Notes: generated by a model not told the origin, from the sequence alone. Positions 1-10,962 are shown, counted from the first letter of the whole stretch. The stretch: DNA of 63,983 bases, filler included, from 14 parts of 14 records of this genome joined end to end with filler, not necessarily neighbours in it; one strand, 5' to 3'. Translations and numbers: made by a program.

Positions 1-992
1 ATATTACTGTACCTCGGGCGGGTTGTGGCACTGCAAGTAGCAGACGTCGCCCGGCATGTACTCCACCGCCGAGGGCAGCCCCAGCTCCAGCTGGCGCACG
101 TCCTGCGCCCGACTCATCACCGGCCGCCCTCGGCCGGACCTGGGCCCAGCCGTCGGCCGTCAGCCGCGTGTTCTGACGGACAGTCGCACAGATCACCGCG
201 GCATGCGTCACGTAGGACAGCATCAGCTCAAACCCCGGGTGCGACGCGTCACTCTCTACCGGTCCGTTGGCTTGCTCCACCCGCCACCTGCCCGAGTAAC
301 CGAGACGGCTTCCGTTGCTCACCTGGGTGGGAGGATGGTCTGGTGCGCGATCGGTTGAGTCGCGTGCGGGTTGAATTCCGTTAGGCGGCTCCAGAGCTGC
401 TCCAGCCACGGGGCCACCATCGCATCCGCCCCCAGCGGGTGCTGGTCGTCAGCCAGCCCCAGCGGGATCAGCCGCCCCGCCCCTGCCCGCGCACTGCCGC
501 CCACGGCCGGCCGGCCCGCACCGAGCTGGGCCAGCCGCCGGTCCAGCCGCTTGGCCACCACGTTGAACCCGGCGTACGCCGAGTCGCCCATTCCAAACAC
601 CTGCCTCGTCGCTCCCCCCTCCCACACCAGCCAGTCGACCGCATACTGGTTGAGCCGCAGCGTGTCGGCCGGCAGGCTCCGCCGGAGCAGGAAGCCCCTG
701 CCCCCGGGCTCGGACCCGGCAGCCCGGCACCGGCGGACCACAGGCTGCGCATGTTGTCGGGCGGCTCGCCGGCCCCGGTGGTGCTGGCCACCCAGACCAC
801 CAGCCGGGCGGCCGGCAGCTTCTCGAGCGGCAGGTAGTCCATCGCGCACACCGCCGCCTTGAACCGCCGCCGGAGGGCCGCCCAGTACACCCGCTCGGCC
901 ACCTCCTGGGCGGTGCCCGTCTGCGAGCCGTACAGGACCAAGAGCTCGACCTCCGGCTGGGGACTCATCGGCATTGACCAGACCAGCTTCAT
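1..992 (-). CDS. NDOR1: NADPH-dependent diflavin oxidoreductase 1 (flavodoxin domain plus start of FAD-binding domain); runs off the window start; 5 short introns
   Basis: Spliced translation gives VLYGSQTGTAQEVAE...STTGAGEPPDNMRSLWGFLLRRSLP...[29 protein letters not shown]...GLADDQHPLG, then NTRLTADGWAQDVRQLEL. GT-AG introns include 601-639 and 483-521. Start ATG is at 968, 974 or 992. Confidence 0.9.
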
Positions 993-1045
993 GAGCTGCA
1001 GTCCGTGAGTCGGCGGGTGCCCGACCGGCGTCACATGGCGACGCG

Positions 1046-2193
1046 ATGCCCAGCGCACCGGGTGCGGCTGCTGGGGCTGGGGCGGCGAGCCCGGGGCAGG
1101 ATTACTGGGCGGTCGGGCCGGAGCGGCTGCCGGAGAGTCTGAAGCGGGAGAAGGTGGTGAGCTTCGATACGAGCCGCTACCCGTTCAGGGAGTTGCTGGA
1201 GGCGCCGCGGGGCCCCAGGGCCGGGGGCGAGGCGCCCGGCAGGCCATGATGGACGTGGACGAGCTGGGCCAGCTGCACACCACCGAGCGCGGCCAGCGGG
1301 CCTTCTACTCTGTCAAGTACTCGTCTGGGGAGGGGTACAAGGCGCCCGCAGCCCGGCGGGTCGGCCGGCGAGTGTGGGCAGCTCCCCAAGAGCGGGCGGT
1401 CCGACTTCAACCGGCGCTGGCGGCAGCGGGTGTGCACTGAGCACGACCCGGAATTCCGGGAGCTGTATGACCGGTTCGTTAAGGAGGTGTGCGGCCCGAG
1501 CCCGGCGGGCAACGCGGGCAGGTGGTGGCCCCGGAGCTGGGGGAGGCCCGGGCGGTGTACCAGCACATCCCGACCTTCCGGGTGGCCCCGCCCGGTGTCC
1601 GGTCCGGCTGGCTGCACTCCCGTGGCGTGACAGCTGACCAGGTCTCTCGGAGTGCTCCATTGCGATAGCGAATATAGACACCAGCCTGGTGCCCCCCCCC
1701 CCTCCCAGCGGCAGCGCGAGCGGCCGGCAGCCGAGGTGAACTTCTGGCTTCCGTTGACTCCGGTCTGGGGAAGCAACACGCTATGGACCGAGTCCGAGCC
1801 GGGTAGCGACTTAAGCTCCACGGGGGGCCGTCTGTGAGCTGCCGACAGGCAAGGGCGACTACCACCCGATCACGCTCGAGTACGGCCAAATGCAGCGGTT
1901 CTACGGGAACAAGTGAGTTGCCGTTGGGCCTTGCACTCAGCCCGTGCAGGTGCAGGCACTACACGATGCCCAATGATACCGAGTCCACACGGGTCTCGCT
2001 GGATTTCAGGGTGGTGCCCGGCCGGTGCTTCGATCCGGACTACTCGGGCGGAGCTCGAGACGGCCGGGTGCCTAGTTAGTGCATATAGCTGCGGGGTGGG
2101 GCTGTGTTAGTATCTCGATTGCAGGTGAACTTTCAGCTGGGCCGGTGGTACCTGGACACGGACAATCCCGAGTACCGAACCGGGTTGGATTGA
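1046..2193 (+). CDS. StrG-like 2OG-Fe(II)-type oxygenase, 7 short introns (first two GC-AG)
   Basis: Spliced product contains YQHIPTFRV, HCDSEYRHQPAEVNFWLPLT..WGSNTLWTESEPGKGDYHPI and FYGN.CRHYTMPNDTESTRVSLDFRV (HxD...H triad). GC-AG introns at 1202-1242 and 1342-1381 restore the frame. Confidence 0.75.
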
Positions 2194-2371
2194 TAGACGC
2201 CGTGCCTCATATTCACTTACAAGCTTTATGGAGACATCACAACATGAGCACAGGAGCATAATTATACTCATACTCACGAGTATTGTATAATCGTTGTTGC
2301 TGGCCATAACCCTAGTCTAACGGTAAGAGTGCGCCCGTGGCCTGTCAAGCCGCGGGGGACCCTTCGCCGTC

Positions 2372-5300
2372 ATGGCCGGCAGGGTGCGGACGAGCGGAAG
2401 GGGGACCGGTGCACCGGCCCCCGCCGTCCGCCCGGGGGTCGGATCGGGCCTGGCCTCAGCTCAGCCGCTCGCGAATGCCCCGCCGAGCGCCAAGCGGCAC
2501 CGTCCTTCGGGCGGCTCCGGTGGGACGCCCGAGCTCGATCTGAGCTCGCTGGCCATCGACCCGAGGCGGGGCGAGGCGTACATTGGGCGCGAGGTATGGG
2601 GCGACTTTCAGGCCGGCTGGCTGCCGGGGCAGGTCCGCCCGCCCGCCGGGCCGGCTGACGAGCGGCAGATTGTCTCGCACCGGGCTGGAGTGTTCACCCT
2701 GACCGTAGCCAACCAAGGGCGGGAGCAGAGGGCGAGCGCGAATGCCGAGGAGTTGTGGCTGGCCCGGAGCAGCGCGGAGCTGGGCGGGGATGGGCACGCA
2801 GTCGGTCTGTACACCACGAGATCTGACAACGAGAAACTGGGCGAGATCGGCCGGCGGCTCGGGGCAGACCAGACCGATATGGTGCGGCTCAACAAGCGGC
2901 GGTACCCCAAGCTCACCAAGAACTCGCCTTTGCACCTGGGCACACAGTTGCTCTACGTTAATCCAGCTGCTGACAGGCCTGACCCGCCCAGGCACCGGCC
3001 GACCAGGGAGTTTGTAGTGCAGAGGGTGTCGGATCAGCGCTGGAATCCGGACCTTGGCGAGCTCGAGTATCTGGTCTTCTGGAAGGGCTACCGAGCTCCG
3101 ACTTGGGAGCCGGCCGCGCACCTGCATGACGGCAGCCGCACGTGCGCCGCTCTTGTTGAGTTCCTCCACAAGCACAGCCCGCCGGCACAGCAGCAGCAGC
3201 AGCAGCAGCAGCCGCCGGCACAGCAGCAGCAGCAGCAGCACCCGCCGGCACAGCAGCAGCAGCAGCAGCCAGTGCAGCAGCAGCAGCACCAGCAGCAGCA
3301 GCCGGCGCAGCAGCCAGTACAACGGCAGAGCGCCGACCCGGCCAAGAGCAGAGATCAAGCCCCTCGGCACGGCACAGAGCTGCCTGCGGACCGACCGGCA
3401 CTGCCTGTATCGAGTCGCCGGGGGGGGGCTGTGTGGGGTCCTGGCCAGCCCGGCCGGCCGGGTGTGCACGCGGCTGCCGTCGCCCCCAGAGGCTGCAGCT
3501 AGTTTCAAGCCGGACCGGGCGAGAGTGCCGCCGTCCGAGCAGGAGGTCAAGCAGGCGGTCCACGAGGCGCTCAAGGGCAAGGACCTGACCAAGAGCCACT
3601 TGACGGTGACCGCTTCAGGCCCGGGCTTATTATTAATAGTTTTATGCGCGCAGCCTCGCCAGATCCGGGAGCTTGTAGAGGCGAGTCTCGGGTCTAGCAT
3701 GGTTCGGTTCAAGAGCATGATCACTGCCGAAGTCAAGCGACTGGTGGCAGAGTTTGGCACGCTCAAGGCTCGAGCGGTCAAGCGGGAGGACCAGCCGCGG
3801 GTGGTGGTGGTCAGGAAGACAGGGCAGGACGGCCCGAGCCTGGCCGTGCTCCCGAGAGAGGAATACACGATTGGGCGGGGCGAGCACGCTGATATACGGA
3901 TCAAGCTCGAGACTGTGCCCGAGCTGCAGGCCAAGCTGGTGAGAGATCAGCTCGGACAGGTACCGGTGGTGGCTGCTGGCTGCTGATCCCGGGGCAGGTG
4001 TGGCTGCATCATCTGAGCCAGGCCAGTGATCGGACCAGAGTCAACGGCAGGCTGGTCGGGCACAAGCAGATGCTAGCCGATGGCGACTTCTTCTCAATCG
4101 ACAAGCGAAGATTCAGGTTCGAGGCCAAGCGCAGCCGCCCTCAAGCCCAAGAGTTGGACCGAGTTAGTGCCACTCCGGGTGGTATCCGGCACTCTGGCAC
4201 TCCGCCATCTAAGGCACAGCCAAAGTTGGCCTCCAGCTGTGGCAGGTACAACCACCGACCTGACTGCCAGTGCCACCTAGCTCACTCGTGCCAACCCAAA
4301 ACAGACCCTGCCCCAAAGCAGCCACAGCCAGTCCACGCTAACATGTGTGCTCTGCTCCCCTCTTCGCCAGTGGGCAAGCAGCAGACAAGCCGGGCAGTGA
4401 CCAGTCCCGTGATCAAGCCAGTCGAGCGCCGAGACGGCCTGACCTGTCTGGTTTGCCTGGAGCCAACGGAGAAGGGCTGCGAGTACGTTTATCCATGCCG
4501 GTGCACAATCGCCTACCACCACGAATGCTTCACTGCATTGCTCGAGAGCAGTCCACGCTGGCGGAAGGAATGCCCCTCGTGTCGCCAGTTTGTCCGGCTT
4601 CCACTCAAGCTCCGGATTCAGTGCAACAGCGCTCTAGGCCGCACTAAAGCAACACCAATAGGGCGCACTAATACGCCGGCTGCGCCAAGCAGCGCCAAGC
4701 GGCCCAGGCAGTCAGGCCAGAGCCGGCCCCCGGGCACTTTCGCATCTAGCTGCGGCCGGTTCAACCACCGACCAGACTGCCAATGCCACCTAGCCGCCCA
4801 CCAAACCCCGCGGTTGACATGCCCGAAGAAGCCCAAACGGCTAGCCCACAATGGCCCGAGCTCCGCTGAGAAGCGCGCCAGGCAAGTAGACGAGCCCGCT
4901 CAACAGTCGGAGCTAGTGCCTGACTTTTGCGGTGACTGCCATAAGCAGCTTGTGGCACTGGTAAGTCAGGTGACTGCCACTAACATATCGCGCCGTACAA
5001 TCCAGGAGATGGCGAAGATGAGCTCCGACGACTGGAACAGATGGGCGACTGGAAAGTGTTCCGCTGCGCGGAGAACCACTCTGGACAGCAGGATGGTCGG
5101 TGTGCTGTGTAAGCTCGGTGTGCGAGTAGGCTCCTGCACTCATGGGCAAAAGCAGGGCCGAACCAAGCTTGATCCTGGTGCGCAATCATACAACAGAGGG
5201 AGAGCTACGGAAGCGATGTCTGCTCTGCCTGTTTCGGCACCTAAACGTCCGAAAATAACTCCCATGGTCACCGTGCAGCCAGGCAAGGCGAGTTCAGTCA

Positions 5301-5899
5301 AGACAGACGAATCTCAGCCGGTGGACTGGCTGCAGCGGCTGGAGAACTTCCACGGAGAAGAAGTGTCCTGCAAGAACATATTCGGCTGGCTGCACATCAA
5401 TCAAGGGGACCCTGCAGGCGTGAGCAGAACGCGCTGGCAGATCCAATCAGCAGATGGTGGGCTGGAGAGTGGACTTAGCTTTGAGAAGAGGGCTGGATTT
5501 GGACACCGACGGCGCCCAGATGCCAGTATTCTTTTCACTCGTACGGGATTGAGCCTCAGAGCTACTTGTTTGCAGCCAACAGGGCCGATAATACCCAGGC
5601 CTAACAAAACAAGTGGGCGCCCAATTTTGAATGTTGTCGATGCACGCACAAAGCGCAGGCGGTCCACCAGTGACGGACATCAAAAGAACACAAATGAGAT
5701 AAGCAGCGGAAAGCGGAAGGCGCATGTAGGCGAGGATCAATATTTCGAAGAAATCAAGCACGGCATGTGTGCAACACCAGGCTGTAAGCAGCGAGATCAT
5801 CATCCAGGTTGCTGCGATTCTGAGGTTTTGCCTACTACTCGGGTCCGCAAACCATCACACCGAGTAACAGAAAGCTGCTACTTCACATCCTCATCATGA
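2372..5899 (+). CDS. Multidomain chromatin protein: Tudor-like, LysM-like, chromodomain, polyQ, DEK-C, FHA, RINGv and Cys/His motifs (~1130 aa)
   Basis: ORFs 2372, 3054 and 3998 join in frame through GT-AG introns 3462-3498 and 3960-3997, with further in-frame introns 2633-2668 and 3606-3653. Chromo motif EFVVQRV...EYLVFWKGY..PTWEP; FHA motif TIGRGEHADIRI...TRVNG; RING motif CLVC..PCRC..YHHEC..CPSC. Confidence 0.75.
3188..3313 (+). repeat. Interrupted CAG repeat encoding polyQ (PPAQn units)
   Basis: Runs of cag separated by ccgccggca, inside the coding exon. Confidence 0.95.
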
Positions 5900-6158
5900 T
5901 GACATGCGGCAACGACACACCTTTCTTCTATAATAGAGTCCTACCATGTGCACGAGCTCTGTGCACTCACCCGTTAAATCTACGTTTTAAATCAAGGTTG
6001 TCATCTAATCGTGATCGAATTATAAACGGGATCGGATCTAGCCTAGAGATTGGAATTCATAATTATAAGTACGTTAATTACACGTCGTAGACCATGGCCA
6101 GTAACTTAAAATCATCATTACAGTATACCCGAAGTAATTGTACAGCGCTCGCTGTTTT

Positions 6159-8973
6159 TCAAGAATCGTCATCGCTGCTGACTAGGTCAATCACAAGGCA
6201 GTCAGCCTTCCTCTTGGTGGAGGTATTGTGTTTAGGTTGTGCAGCATTCGGGGTGGCAGCTGATGTGGCGAGTCCCACAGCCGGGCAGCTCTGGTGCTGA
6301 ATCAGCAAAGCACCGGCCTTTACATCAGCTTGTCTGGTAGACTCGGTAGCCACGCGCAAAAATGCTTGTAGAGCAGGAATCTGGGTAGAGCATGAATCCG
6401 GGAACACATTCACCGTGCAGCCATCCTGCTCGCATACTCCAGTCTTCTGCTGGAACTCACGCGCAGAGCATGTGAATACTGGAATATCAAACTGGGCCTC
6501 CCGAACGAGGCCGGAAGGTGCCGGATTATTGACTGGCAGATCTGCCCGATCAATCCCAAACCAGAAAGATTCAGTAATTCGCCTAGTGGTAAACTCGTTT
6601 CTGGCCAGCGCAGCCTGCGTTGTTGTCGTCGTTGTCGGCAAGTTTAGATTTTTTACAATTTCAGAGCGTGTCAAGACATCTGACTGCGATACGGCGAATG
6701 CCAGCTGGCCCATGCGACCCTTCTTAGCAAACCACTGCCGCAGATCTAAAGGCAGCCAATCTTTGATTGCCTTATCGTTAACAGCACGCCGGATGTTACT
6801 CACGAGCAACACAATGTCTGCATTGCACAACCTGTCCTTCACGACCCTATCGCGAGCTGCGTTGTCGTCATTAACCCCTGGGGCATCCACCAATTTCAGC
6901 CCACCAGAAAGCAGTTCCCAAGGCCCTGCTATTGTGACGCGCTGGACAAGCGGCCAGAGAGCACCCTGTGCGAGCTTGTTTGAGCTGTCCACATACTGAG
7001 CCAGCGCTGCCTGTAGGTGAGTGCCTGATGCAGCTGAGAAGGGCATTGTGGTGCCGAGGACAGACTCGACGCGATCCAGCAGACCGTCGACACTGTTGTT
7101 TGCACAGCTATCAAAGCTAGCCCCATAAACAGACTTCAGCTTTGCTATCGCCTCTTCTGCACGCTTTGCAAGGACTAAGCTGGCCTCCAGCGCAGCAGCA
7201 TTTTCAGGGGCATCCTCACTCTCTTGCTTTGCGTGTTCGCTGATCGTGGCGAGCATCCTTGTCACCTCATCTCTCCATGACTCGACTGTCACCATCTCCA
7301 CTTCCGCTCGATAAGGAGCCCCAGGAGTAGCACACCAGTTGAACACCATCTCGATTACTGTAGCAGTACAAGCTCGCATGCAATTTGTAGGCAAAATCTG
7401 TGCCTCTCCGAGGAGAGCATTGAGCATCGTGCTCTTGCCCGCACCAGTTGCACCAAGGACGACACATGAGACAACCTCTTCATCGAGCCTCTTCATCGAG
7501 CTGAGCTCAACCGCTTGCTTGTTGCTGTGCTGAGTTGCGTTGTAAAGGCTCCTCAAAGCCGACTCAAAGCCAACAGCCCCTCCTCTAGCAAACACATCGG
7601 CTTCGCTGCCCAACGAACACAGTACATGTAGGCCAACATCGCCGGTCTGGCAGGCTGACATCGCGAGGCTCTCAGCACCACCAACACGTGTCACCCAAGC
7701 CTTGATGACCTCATCTTCATTCAGCTCTGTACTCCGCCCGAGCATCCTGCCTCCTGTCTCACTACGCGAAGCCCCACAAACCTCGAGCCAGAATCGCCTC
7801 AACAAAATCCAATGGTGGAGGTTTGAAGCAGAGCCATTGGATTCAGACCTCCATTCAAAACTCATCTCTGGCACCAGGGCCTCGCAGAAGTCACTCCATG
7901 TAGAGCTCAACTCGATGAGGAGGCTTGAATCAACATCCTCGTCCTGGATCCTTTGGAGGATTTGCTCGCCGAACTGCCCAGCTCTCTTAAGCAGGGGCGC
8001 TGCCCAACTAAACACGCCAGTGCTCGGGAGGTTTGCAACTAGTGCTGGCACTCGATGGCACTCGGACGGCTTGAAGCATTTGAGAACATCCAGAGGCGGT
8101 TGACTAAGACCAGCAAACTGCGGCAAAGCTGCCAGGCCGGGCGACGCCGTGAGCTGTGACAGTAGCTGTTGGAGCAAGGCTATAGTGGGCTGCTTTATTT
8201 TAGAGCGATTGGGTCGGGCCACAAGCTCTGAGATGGCTTTCCTCACCATAGGACTTTGGCAAGTCCAGCTCGCCCTCGCCAGTGTGAGCTCAAAGCACTG
8301 TAAAACAGAGCATACCTTGATCATCCGGTTCTGATGATCAAGGCACCTGCGGCAGTAGTTTATCCATGCTCTGTGTGCAGTGTTGCATGGCAAAGAACCT
8401 TGCGTGCTGTCCAGAATTCGGGGGATCGCAGCCTGCAGTGAGACATGTGCAATCTGGTCTGCACGCCGACAGAGCTGTTTAGCTAAAGCAGCGGCACAGT
8501 TGCCACGCAACATTGTTGCTACATCGAACAGCTGCTGCATACGCTTTGCTATGTCGCTCATCTTGGCAACAACCAATTCACTTGCCATCTGTTGTAATGC
8601 CCTGATGGTGGGCATCTGATGTGCCTGATAAGAGCTATGCCTCTCTATACCATCCAATAAGTCCACCGGCTTCTCGTGCAGTTTACAAATGTCGTTGACG
8701 ATGTCCTCCATGGCTTCCGGCCCACAAGTTGCAAGCGCTGCTTTGAGCGCTGCTTTGAGTCCCGGGCTGGCCAGTGAAGCGCTCGACGACATCTGCTCCT
8801 TGAGCCTGAGTAGGTTTAACTTCGTGAGAAGCTCTGGGTCATGCTGAGCCAAAAAGCTACTCACCTCTTGGATTGTAGCCTCTCCTACCTTGGAAACCGC
8901 TTGCCATCCAGTTGCAAGTGCTGCCTGTAAGAGCGAAATCCCTGCTTGAGCGTCATTGTGGCTAATTGCACAA
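6159..8973 (-). CDS. Dynamin-superfamily GTPase, nuclear GTPase SLIP-GC (NUGGC)-like; intronless as far as visible; probably 5'-truncated
   Basis: VVLGATGAGKSTMLNALLGEAQILPTNCMRACTA (G1/G2), WPLVQRVTI, LVDAPGVNDDNAAR (G3), SNIRRAVNDK, TQIPALQ. Confidence 0.75.
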
Positions 8974-9073
8974 NNNNNNNNNNNNNNNNNNNNNNNNNNN
9001 NNNNNNNNNNNNNNNNNTTAATTAATTAANNNNNNNNNNNNNNNNNNNNNNNNNNNNNNNNNNNNNNNNNNNN
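8974..9073. other. Artificial contig spacer (44 N + TTAATTAATTAA + 44 N), first of 13
   Basis: Identical 100-nt spacers at 8974, 12074, 18604, 22530, 26761, 33020, 38084, 42164, 45678, 49201, 52938, 57056 and 60486. The core places stops in all six frames. Confidence 0.99.
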
Positions 9074-9075
9074 CG

Positions 9076-10962
9076 ATGACCCCCTACTCGGGCGGCGGAG
9101 GCGGCCGGCAGCGGAGCTTTGGCTACGTGCGGGAGCCGGCGGCTGGGTTTTACGTCGGCGGTTCGAGGCTGGCCGGGCTGAACGGTCTGTACGCCCGAGT
9201 GGACCGGACCCCGAACCAGATCAAGCATCGGTTCCAGCTGGCGTACGTCGAGGATCGGTCCGGCTGGCTGCTCGGGCTGACCAGCGGGGAGGAGGGCGAG
9301 GCGGAGGAGTGGATCTTTGTTGACACCAAGCACAGGGTCCGGCTGGCCCACCCCGGCCGGACAATTCTGCCCGGCGCAGGCGAGAAATGGAGCCATCGCA
9401 ACCTCGGGGGGCGGCACGGGCCGCTGGCTGAGTTGCCGTGGCAGCTGGTGGGGATCATGAGCAAGGAAATGCTCGACAACCTGCGGCGGCACCGGAACTA
9501 CAGGGACCACACAGTGCATGAAGCCCTCGCCGGCAGTGGGCTGCCCCTGCTGGCCACGCCGGGCTCCCTCGAGCAGCAGCCGCCGGAGGAGCTCGAGTTA
9601 GCTGATTTGCTCTCTCCGGAACAGTTTGCTACACTCGACGCAGCAAAGGGCTGGCTCGCAAGGGCTGGCGTGCTCGGTGCGGCCGCCAAGACCGCCAGTC
9701 CGCGGTGGAACAAGGCGATGCTCCACGTGCCGCCCGTGGCTGGCTGGCCGCTGAGTCTGGGCAGCTGGCCGCGGGGCACGGGTACCGGCACGCTGCCAAT
9801 CTGGACTCTGCGAAGGATGAGCTGAGCTTGGCGCTGGCGTTGTTCCCGCGATACAAGCGGTGCCGGCCCATGAGCGGGTGTCTGTTGAGTGTGAGTGCGC
9901 AGGGCGCTGGTGCAGCAAGCTTTGTGTGACCTGGAGGAACGATCCGATTCAGGAGGCGGGCTAGCTGGGCAATACCAGGGGCTGCAGCGAAGGGCCGACG
10001 CTGCCGTCTCCAAGCTCGAGACAGTGCTTCGAATGGACCGAGGGTACGAGGCGCTGGACCGGCTGCTGGTGATGGCCAAGACCCGTGGCCAGCGCGCGGC
10101 ACTCCAGCTCAAGCCTCTAATGAAGGAGTTTGAGCTCGAGGCGGAGGCCACTCAGGACTGCCGGGCCTGGAGGCAGACCGGCGGCTGCGATCCAGACGGG
10201 CCGCGCGAACCTGAGCGAGACGAGCCGTGTGGGAAGACGATTGTGCCGGGCTCCAGGTCCGGATACTGCGACTGCAAGGGCGCAGGCAGGCGGTTCAAGC
10301 TCAGGTGCAACCGCCACTGTGAGCGGATGCGCGGGAGGGGCAACGCTGACTGCGTCGAGTTCACCTGTAGGGATGTGTGCGCGGCTGCGGCCAATGACTG
10401 CCAAAAGGAGGGCGCAAACTGTGTGGCTGAGCCTGCGAGCGGGGAGGGCACGCCGTCGGAGGACTGGGACCACTACGCGGTGCTCCAGCTGCCTCTAGAC
10501 TTCACACCGGATGAGCTTAAGAAAGCCTACCGCGCGCGCAGCCTGGCGATGCACCCGGATAAGATGGGCGGGTCCGATGCAGGGTTTCAGAGAGTGGCGC
10601 TCGCAAATCAGGTGCTTGCGGACCCGGAGCGTCGGCAGGCGTTTGATGAGGGCGATGACTTGCCGAGGGAGCGGCAGTCGGATGGGGGCGAAGGGGCGTC
10701 GTTCAAGGAGGAGCAGCACCGGAAGTACTTCCCGGAGCGGTTTGAGTTTGAGCCGTTTGAGGCTGATTACAAGGAGCGGCGGGATGAAGCGATCAAGCGG
10801 GACGAGGACGAACAGGCCGGCCGGATCGAGCACGACGAGGAGCCGGAGGAGGAGCTAGACGACGGGTATGAGGCTGATGATGATGAGAGTGGCATCGAGG
10901 ATGAAGAGCTCGAGGACGACGGAATCATGTATGAGCACGAGCACGAGCACGACGAGGTTTAG
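9076..10962 (+). CDS. DnaJ-domain protein with TPR-like helices, a Cys-rich CxxWRQTGGC module, an acidic tail and C-terminal HDEV; possibly 5'-truncated; 2 introns
   Basis: DHYAVLQL...LKKAYRARSLAMHPDKMGG..FQRVALANQVLADPERRQAFD (J domain with HPD); CRAWRQTGGCDPDGPREP...SGYCDC. Confidence 0.8.

Noticed and set aside
1046-2193. In-frame stops and frame changes suggesting an alternative genetic code, programmed frameshifting or pseudogenes
   Set aside because: Nearly every case I traced resolves with a short GT-AG or GC-AG intron, and intronless genes (FARS2, ALDH) read normally with the standard code.
1046-2193. StrG-like gene as part of an antibiotic biosynthesis cluster
   Set aside because: The neighbours are housekeeping and chromatin genes, and the family name reflects homology only.
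2456-3934. Long antisense or alternative-frame ORFs (2456-3934, 25441-26364, 36568-37695, 40231-41304 and others)
   Set aside because: Shadow ORFs expected from high GC and biased codon use opposite real genes; they carry no recognisable motifs.
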